A stretch of 64,000 nt of DNA from assembly GCA_964608765.1 (NCBI GenBank), contig CAZSPD010000004.1, forward strand, positions 658-64,657. The letters are read 5' to 3'. The notes beneath the pieces were generated by a model. The model saw only the letters and a list, made by a program, of their open reading frames with translations. It was not told where the DNA came from and made no database searches. Position numbers and translations under genes: made by a program. The DNA is from Candidatus Woesearchaeota archaeon. GTDB lineage: Archaea; Nanobdellota; Nanobdellia; Pacearchaeales; GW2011-AR1. This document shows, piece after piece, positions 58,166 to 64,000 of this stretch. Position 1 is the stretch's first letter. Each line of letters starts with the position of its first letter.

Positions 58166-58897
58166 TTATTTTAGGAGGTTTCCACTTAATGAAAAAAGAA
58201 CAAACGTAACAAGTACTATGATTAAAATGATAGACGCGGCCAATACTAACCTTTCTTTTTTCGATTCTTTCTCTGGAATAATAGAGATTAGGTTTAGCAG
58301 AGACACGATTAGAGTAAGGATGGCAACCCATAACATAATATTTGAGGAAATGCTCATTTTTCTTGTAGAGCTTTCTATGGATCCCAACATGGTTGCCGAT
58401 CCTTTTATTTGATTAGATTGTTCTTTAAATAGGCTATATTGCCATTGTGGCATAGCGGAGAAGTAATATCTGAAGCAATTTCCATGGTAATAATACCCGG
58501 ATGGGCTATAGAATTTGATAAAATTTGTTTCGTAGTTAGAAGAACATATTTCTAGCTTGTAATCTGATGTGGTTTCAAAGTTCCAGACATAGAAATCCTT
58601 TTTTTCAGTGATATTTTTATAGGGATAAAATTCATAATAAGAGTAAGGTTGAATTTCAACAAATTTCGTTAATGTAGGATAATCTATTCCTGGATGATTT
58701 AAATTCGTTACAACAATGCTTATATTCCCTTTATACATTTCAGAATCGTTATTATAAATAGTTATATTGTAAATGAAAATATCCCCTACTACATTATATT
58801 CTGAGCTTATTGGGCCTTTAGAAATTATCTCAATGTCTAAGATAAGAGTGGATACTTTTGCAGAAACACTGCAAATTAGTATTATTACAAATAACAA
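58166..58897 (-). CDS. Secreted/membrane protein; 5' end out of frame at an A9 tract
   Basis: The ATGs at 58941/58938 are one frame off from the signal peptide KRATLFIALLFVIILICSVSA; two C-terminal TMs. Confidence 0.65.
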   Translation of the reverse strand: MLFVIILICSVSAKVSTLILDIEIISKGPISSEYNVVGDIFIYNITIYNNDSEMYKGNISIVVTNLNHPGIDYPTLTKFVEIQPYSYYEFYPYKNITEKKDFYVWNFETTSDYKLEICSSNYETNFIKFYSPSGYYYHGNCFRYYFSAMPQWQYSLFKEQSNQIKGSATMLGSIESSTRKMSISSNIMLWVAILTLIVSLLNLISIIPEKESKKERLVLAASIILIIVLVTFVLFSLSGNLLK

Positions 58898-59094
58898 TGC
58901 GATAAATAAAGTTGCTCTTTTTTTTTCAGATTAAACATCATAATCACAATATCTCTAACTATTTACGTCTTTCTGTTCCGCTTTCTCTTCAACTTATGTA
59001 GAGTATAATTATTTTTTCCACCGATATCTATTTTTTAAAAATATACAATATTATTTAAATAGAAATACCTTCTCAACAGGAAGTAGATACTAAA

Positions 59095-59457
59095 ATGACT
59101 TTAGAAAATTTATATCCAAAAGAATGGGATGAGATTACAAATAAAAAAATCCCGAAAGAAGAAATAAATATTTATTTCTTAAAATTTGTAGCAAAGCTAG
59201 TAAAAGAAGAAAAAAGAAACAAAAAAACAGATACGAGTGTTGGAGATGGTTGGAGTATGGTTATTAATATGAATAAAAACTATTATAAATTAGCTCCAGA
59301 AATTTATGGTTTCCTTTTTAGATTAGGAGACTACGATATGCAAGACAATCTAGGACACGGAACTAGTGAATATGGTGATATGCTTTACACTTTGCAAGAA
59401 GTTGAACCTGAGTTAATAAAAATTGCAGGCAAATTTGGATTAAATTTAGATTTGTAA
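59095..59457 (+). CDS. Hypothetical protein
   Basis: 120-aa ORF with upstream TATA and a downstream hairpin plus T-tract. Confidence 0.65.
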   Translation: MTLENLYPKEWDEITNKKIPKEEINIYFLKFVAKLVKEEKRNKKTDTSVGDGWSMVINMNKNYYKLAPEIYGFLFRLGDYDMQDNLGHGTSEYGDMLYTLQEVEPELIKIAGKFGLNLDL

Positions 59458-59464
59458 TTTTACT

Positions 59465-59494
59465 GGCTTCTGGATAATACTGGAAGCCTTTTTT
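59465..59494 (+). terminator. Hairpin plus T-tract
   Basis: GGCTTC...GAAGCC followed by TTTTTT, 8 nt after the 59457 stop. Confidence 0.55.
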
Positions 59495-59505
59495 ATTTTA
59501 CTTCT

Positions 59506-59660
59506 TTACTTCTTCATCCGCTTATACAGTAATCCCCAGAACAATACAAAATATATAAGGAAGAACAACATTCCTGAATAACTATGGTAAAGCCCAAGTG
59601 CTATATTGGGGGAGATGTATGCTCCTACAAGCATTAGTGTGAAAACTCTTAGTATATTAA
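59506..59660 (-). pseudogene. Orphan 3' end of the archaeosortase gene
   Basis: 59558-59660 is 102/103 identical to 61219-61321 and continues in frame as IYFVLFWGLLYKRMKK*. Confidence 0.9.
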
Positions 59661-59750
59661 TTACTTTTTCTAAGAAATTTACTTAGATAACAGAATTCTA
59701 CTTCTTCATTAAAACTTCAATCTTTTTTCAAGAATATATAAACAAGTATT

Positions 59751-59800
59751 TAACTAAAGTTAAACTATAATTAAACTTTAGTATAACTAAAGTTAAACTA
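59751..59800. promoter_or_regulatory. Duplicated 17-bp box upstream of the AAA ATPase
   Basis: taactaaagttaaacta at 59751 and 59784, with an inverted partial copy (aactttagt) between them. Confidence 0.6.
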
Positions 59801-59848
59801 CACATTAATAATAGTAAGGTTTATAAATAAGCTCTATCTTTATTAAGT

Positions 59849-61042
59849 ATGAATGTAGCGACAAAATATACTGAGAGAAATATAAAAGAAAGATTTGATA
59901 AGTTAATTAAGCCCTATCAGGTCATTGCAATAGTTGGGGCAAGACAAGCTGGCAAAACAACATTCCTAAAAGAACAAGCAAAGAGATTCAAGAGTAATTA
60001 TCTTCTATTTGATGATCCGGATATAAGGGAATTATTTGATGAAGATATTAAAAAATTTGAAATTCAAAATATAGAAGGGAATGAACTTTCTGTATTGGAT
60101 GAAGTTCAGTATTGTAAAGATGCAGGAAGGAAACTGAAATATCTTGCAGATAATAGCAGAAAGTTATGGGTAACCTCTTCTTCTGAAATTTTGCTAAGTA
60201 AAGAGGTATTATCTTATCTTGTGGGAAGGGTTTCAATAATAAAACTTTACCCATTTTCAATAGAAGAATTTCTCGATTTAAAAAACTTAAAAGAATTTTC
60301 TAAAATTACATTAAAAAGAGCATTATGGGAGCATATGACATTTGGAGGATACCCTAAAATAAATCTCACAGGAGATATAGAATTGAAAAAAACTATGCTT
60401 AAAGATTTATATGAAACAATGATTCTCAAGGATATTGCAAGAACTTTTTCAATAGATGATTTATCCTCTTTAGAAAAATGTTTAAGGTATCTAGCAATTA
60501 ATACAGGAAATTTGATTTCCTACGATTCACTTTCTAAAGATGTGAAGATTTCATTTCAGACTCTGAAAAAATATTTAGAATCAATGGAAAAAAGTTATCT
60601 ATTATATTCAGTTCAGCCATTTTTTAAAAATAAGCTTAAGGAGATAATTAAACAGCCTAAAATCTATTTTATTGATACTGGATTGAGAAATTTTATAGCA
60701 AAATCTTTTAATGATGAACCAGAGGGTAATTTGTTTGAAAATTATATATTCACAGAACTATTGAAAATGGGCTTCTCGCCAAAGTATTGGAGAACAAAGA
60801 CAAAGATGGAAATTGACTTTGTAATAGAAAAAGAATCAAATATAATACCTATAGAGGTTAAAATCAATGCAAAATCAGAGAAAGTTGAGAGGAATATTAG
60901 AGCATTTATAGAGGAATATAAACCAAAAACTGCAATTATTGTTTCTTATGAAGGAGAGAAATCAGAGATAGAAGTCGATGGTTGCAAAGTTGTATTTACA
61001 GATTTAATTGGTATGAAAAAAATTTTATCTAAATTCACCTAA
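59849..61042 (+). CDS. AAA_14-family ATPase with DUF4143-like C-terminal domain
   Basis: GARQAGKTT, LDEVQY, GRVSII, FGGYP, KIYFIDTGL, EIDFVIE...PIEVK. Confidence 0.92.
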   Translation: MNVATKYTERNIKERFDKLIKPYQVIAIVGARQAGKTTFLKEQAKRFKSNYLLFDDPDIRELFDEDIKKFEIQNIEGNELSVLDEVQYCKDAGRKLKYLADNSRKLWVTSSSEILLSKEVLSYLVGRVSIIKLYPFSIEEFLDLKNLKEFSKITLKRALWEHMTFGGYPKINLTGDIELKKTMLKDLYETMILKDIARTFSIDDLSSLEKCLRYLAINTGNLISYDSLSKDVKISFQTLKKYLESMEKSYLLYSVQPFFKNKLKEIIKQPKIYFIDTGLRNFIAKSFNDEPEGNLFENYIFTELLKMGFSPKYWRTKTKMEIDFVIEKESNIIPIEVKINAKSEKVERNIRAFIEEYKPKTAIIVSYEGEKSEIEVDGCKVVFTDLIGMKKILSKFT

Positions 61043-61071
61043 AATTTGATTTCAATTAGATAACTATTATC

Positions 61072-61180
61072 GTTTCATCCACTAAACTTCATCCTTGAAG
61101 TTTTGGTACTCAGTGTTTCATCCACTAAACTTCATCCTTGAAGTTTTGGTACTCAGTGTTTCATCCATTAAACTTCATCC
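61072..61180. repeat. 43-bp tandem repeat, 2.5 copies, containing an 8-bp-stem hairpin
   Basis: gtttcatccactaaacttcatccttgaagttttggtactcagt at 61072 and 61115, partial at 61158; AAACTTCA-TCCT-TGAAGTTT. Confidence 0.92.
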
Positions 61181-62108
61181 ATTTGTAGAGTAGACCCCAG
61201 AAGAGGATGAAGTATATTAGGAAGAACAACATTCCTGAATAACTATGGTAAAGCCCAAGTGCTATATTAGGGGAGATGTATGCTCCTACAAGCATTAGTG
61301 TGAAAACTCTTAGTATATTAAATGCAAATGCTCCTAGAATTGCAGGTATGAACAATATAGCTGCTTTCTTTTTGTTTATTTTATTCCAGTCTAAAAATAC
61401 TATGAAAAGATATAATGCAGTGAAGATAAATATACTGTATATTCCACTGCAAGCTTCTGCAATTATAACAGAGAATCCATTAACAGTTATTCCATCTGTT
61501 CCAAAGATTATAACATCTACCCCAATTATTTTTAATAAGAAAGTAGTTGATTTCATAACACCTAAACTTAGATAAGTCCATAAACTCCAGACAAGATTCA
61601 TGAATGAGTAAGTTATTATTGCAAATATTAAAAAGTAGAATAATTCTTTCTTAAATTTTTTAATAAAGTTATTTGTGAGATTTATTCCAAATACTCCCCA
61701 TGCAAGGCAGAAAAATACAGAGAGTGCAAGAAGGTGAAACCAGATTATATTGAAGAGTGTTGGGTTGAGAGTATTTATGTTGTTGCTTACTAAATAAAAA
61801 GCACCTAATAGAACACATGAGATTCCAATTAGTAAATAGTCTTTTTTCTCTCTTTTGAATTTTCCTAATTCACTTATTCTTTTTCTATAAAGAAGAATAA
61901 ACCCTACTATTGAGAAAAGAATTATGTATCCTGCTCTTCCGTAAATTTCAATTTTCCATTTAGTTAACAAATTATTAGAAAATACACTTATACCTACAAT
62001 AAAAGAAAATACGATAAATAAAATAATAAAGATACCTGTTTTCCATAAGAACTGCTTAAGTCCTGGATTTAACTTAGGTTTGGCTTGGGTTTTTCCCTTA
62101 GTTTTCAT
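61161..62108 (-). CDS. Archaeosortase/exosortase family protein
   Basis: Polytopic; IIAEACSGIYS (Cys), NILRV (Arg), LYH (His). Confidence 0.88.
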   Translation of the reverse strand: MKTKGKTQAKPKLNPGLKQFLWKTGIFIILFIVFSFIVGISVFSNNLLTKWKIEIYGRAGYIILFSIVGFILLYRKRISELGKFKREKKDYLLIGISCVLLGAFYLVSNNINTLNPTLFNIIWFHLLALSVFFCLAWGVFGINLTNNFIKKFKKELFYFLIFAIITYSFMNLVWSLWTYLSLGVMKSTTFLLKIIGVDVIIFGTDGITVNGFSVIIAEACSGIYSIFIFTALYLFIVFLDWNKINKKKAAILFIPAILGAFAFNILRVFTLMLVGAYISPNIALGLYHSYSGMLFFLIYFILFWGLLYKWMKFNG

Positions 62109-62169
62109 GTATTTTTAGTGGAGATTATTGTTTATATTATTTGCCTGTGTGGTTAATATTGCTTACTTT

Positions 62170-62442
62170 TCACTTATACCCTTCAGGTTTTATTAGTCCA
62201 TTGTTTTTCAGTGCTTTTTGAACATGCTTTGTGTTCCATCCATTAATTTCAAGCTTTGTTCTAATCTGTGTGTAATTCATTCCTGATTCTTTTGCATTTT
62301 TTACCCATTCATTTAATCTAGGCATTATTAGTTCTTCTTTTTCTTTGTTTTTCTTGGATTTGTGTACAAGAAAGATAATTAATCCTATTGAGATTATTCC
62401 TAATACTAATAATGAAATTATAATTAACAATCTATTTGCCAT
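62170..62442 (-). CDS. Single-TM protein with a small cytoplasmic helical domain
   Basis: TM followed by LNEWVKNAKESGMNYTQIRTKLEINGW. Confidence 0.7.
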   Translation of the reverse strand: MANRLLIIISLLVLGIISIGLIIFLVHKSKKNKEKEELIMPRLNEWVKNAKESGMNYTQIRTKLEINGWNTKHVQKALKNNGLIKPEGYK

Positions 62443-62559
62443 TGATTTATTAAAGAGGGGTAATATTTATACTTTTTTTGTTGTAGTTGTATCTTATTAG
62501 TGGTGATATATATAAATCTTTATAAAGAAATAGTGTTTTATTTATTTGATTAAAATTTT

Positions 62560-62862
62560 ATGAATATTTTTTTATTAAACATGAAAGAGGAAACAGCAAC
62601 GGCAAATACAGTTTACTATGATAAGGAAGGTATGTGGATATTTGATAGTATGTTAGATATGCACTATAAACTTAATTTAATGGATGATCACTCTAGAGAT
62701 ACTTATGAAAAAAATATGAATCTAGGAAGTTATGCTGTTAAAGATAATTATCCTAAAGATAATTACCTTAAAAATAATTCTGCTAAAGATAATACTAGCA
62801 AGTTAACTAAAATCCTTGAAAAAGAACATGAAAGTAAAAGGAAAAATAAGAGAAAAAATTAA
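62560..62862 (+). CDS. Hypothetical protein
   Basis: 100-aa ORF with short DNYxKDN-like repeats. Confidence 0.5.
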   Translation: MNIFLLNMKEETATANTVYYDKEGMWIFDSMLDMHYKLNLMDDHSRDTYEKNMNLGSYAVKDNYPKDNYLKNNSAKDNTSKLTKILEKEHESKRKNKRKN

Positions 62863-62915
62863 TTACTTTTGTTTGTTGTAGAAATATTTATATATTATAT
62901 TAATTTTAAAATTAA

Positions 62916-64000
62916 ATGGAAAAGAGGAAGTTGATGTTATTATCTTCTGTACTTTCTGTTATTTTAATTTTAATGATTGTCACACTTGTTTCTAGTGGCT
63001 TAATTTATACTGGAAAAGCAATACAAAAACCATGCACGTGTGCATCTTATGGATATAAATGTGGATATCAAACTATTTGTGGAAAAACTGAGAACTGTGG
63101 AACTTGTTCTTCAGGATATTCTTGTGCAGCAAATGGAACGTGTATAAAACTCTGTTCACCTGAGACAAATAATCAATTTTGTTCAAGATTAGGTAAGAAT
63201 TGTGGAAGTGTTACAGGAGTAGATAATTGTGGTAGTTCAAGAACAACTACTTGTGGTTCATGTGCTTCAAATCAAATGTGTACTAATGGACTTTGCACTC
63301 AAAATTGTACACCTGAATCTAATACTCAATTTTGTTCAAGATTAGGTAAGAATTGTGGAAGTGTTACAGGAGTAGATAATTGTGGTAGTTCAAGAACAAC
63401 TACTTGTGGTTCATGTGCTTCAAATCAAATGTGTACTAATGGACTTTGCACTCAAAATTGTACACCTGAATCTAATACTCAATTTTGTTCAAGATTAGGT
63501 AAGAATTGTGGAAGTGTTACAGGATATAATAATTGTGGAAAACTAATTACAACTGATTGCGGTGTGTGTAAAGGAGGAAGTGTGTGTCAGGATGGAAAGT
63601 GTACTAATTGCTCAGCTACATGTGCTTCACTAGGATTCCAGTGTGGGGTTTACAATATTTGTAATAAAACACTTAATTGTGGAGCTTGTCCTTCAGGATA
63701 TACTTGTAATTCTGGAAATGGTACATGTGTAAAATCAGTGTGTATTCCAGGAAATTGTAGTTCACTAGGTAAAAATTGTGGAACAGTTTCAGATGGATGT
63801 GGAAAAATAATAAATTGTGGAACATGTATTTTACCTGCAACATGTGGGGGAAGTGGTGTATCTAATGTGTGTGGATGTACTGCTGAGACAAATATTCAAT
63901 TTTGTTCAAGATTAGGTAAGAATTGTGGAAGTGTTACAGCATATAATAATTGTGGTACATTAAGAACAATTAATTGTGGAGTGTGTTTAAATGGATATAC
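62916..64000 (+). CDS. Cys-rich repeat surface protein (3' partial; not in the ORF track)
   Basis: ATG at 62916, MEKRKLMLLSSVLSVILILMIVTLVSSGLIYTGKAI, open to the window end; FCSRLGKNCGSVT modules as in 2434..7845. Confidence 0.88.
   Translation, partial: MEKRKLMLLSSVLSVILILMIVTLVSSGLIYTGKAIQKPCTCASYGYKCGYQTICGKTENCGTCSSGYSCAANGTCIKLCSPETNNQFCSRLGKNCGSVTGVDNCGSSRTTTCGSCASNQMCTNGLCTQNCTPESNTQFCSRLGKNCGSVTGVDNCGSSRTTTCGSCASNQMCTNGLCTQNCTPESNTQFCSRLGKNCGSVTGYNNCGKLITTDCGVCKGGSVCQDGKCTNCSATCASLGFQCGVYNICNKTLNCGACPSGYTCNSGNGTCVKSVCIPGNCSSLGKNCGTVSDGCGKIINCGTCILPATCGGSGVSNVCGCTAETNIQFCSRLGKNCGSVTAYNNCGTLRTINCGVCLNGY
63174..63524. repeat. Exact 153-bp (51-codon) intragenic tandem repeat, 2.3 copies
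   Basis: caattttgttcaagattaggtaagaattgtgg starts at 63174, 63327 and 63480. Confidence 0.92.

Larger units (their letters stand above)
59661..61218. mobile_element. Putative integrated mini-cassette (operator, AAA ATPase, 43-bp repeats, replacement gene tail) between 103-bp direct repeats
   Basis: Sharp junction at 59660/59661; repeats 1661 bp apart; no recombinase encoded. Confidence 0.6.

Noticed and set aside
56958-59094. Integron attC sites between the small membrane genes
   Set aside because: No RYYYAAC...GTTRRRY palindromic sites in the short spacers and no integron integrase.
1055-60429. Many short ORFs antisense to or overlapping long genes (e.g. 1055..1333, 8928..9236, 19066..19377, 30489..30764, 46127..46498, 61276..61575)
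   Set aside because: Shadow frames of well-supported genes, with biased composition and no motifs.
61072-61180. Mini-CRISPR array
   Set aside because: Units are tandem and identical with no unique spacers, and there are no cas genes in the window.
61072-61180. Hammerhead ribozyme (CUGA...GAAAC on the minus strand)
   Set aside because: The core reads CUGAGUA rather than CUGANGA, and the three required stems could not be formed.
54632-61321. DGR template/variable repeat pairs at gene 3' ends
   Set aside because: Mismatches are not confined to adenines of one copy, they are mostly synonymous, and no reverse transcriptase is present.
1-64000. tRNA, rRNA, transposase or integrase genes
   Set aside because: No T-loop/cloverleaf, rRNA-like GC-rich tract, DDE or tyrosine-recombinase motif was seen by eye; a tRNAscan-SE/HMM run would be needed to exclude them.

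Overview
AT-rich archaeal chromosome segment, probably from a DPANN lineage (Pacearchaeota/Woesearchaeota-like; inferred from gene style and content, not from a marker-gene search). 1-16.8 kb: argS, Cys-rich surface proteins with pilin-type N-termini and swappable enzyme-like tips, a type IV/Tad pilus operon with six class III signal peptide proteins, and trpS. 17 kb: an SRP (7S) RNA with non-canonical loops, missed by the ORF track, and a SpeD-family decarboxylase. 18-32.8 kb: a surface-protein cluster including three mosaic paralogs that share an unnamed ~300-aa C-terminal domain. 33-62 kb: accessory region with a Fic protein, three wHTH-MNT/HEPN pairs, a glycosylation island, small orphan membrane genes, an AAA_14 ATPase and an archaeosortase/exosortase. 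The most striking signal is that two, possibly three, 1.2-1.7 kb TA/ATPase modules are bracketed by direct repeats. Two of these repeats duplicate the 3' end of the neighbouring gene, and one appears to have replaced the C-terminus of the archaeosortase. No recombinase gene is visible in the window. No rRNA, tRNA, CRISPR array, transposase or reverse transcriptase was recognised. All domain calls are from motif recognition by eye.
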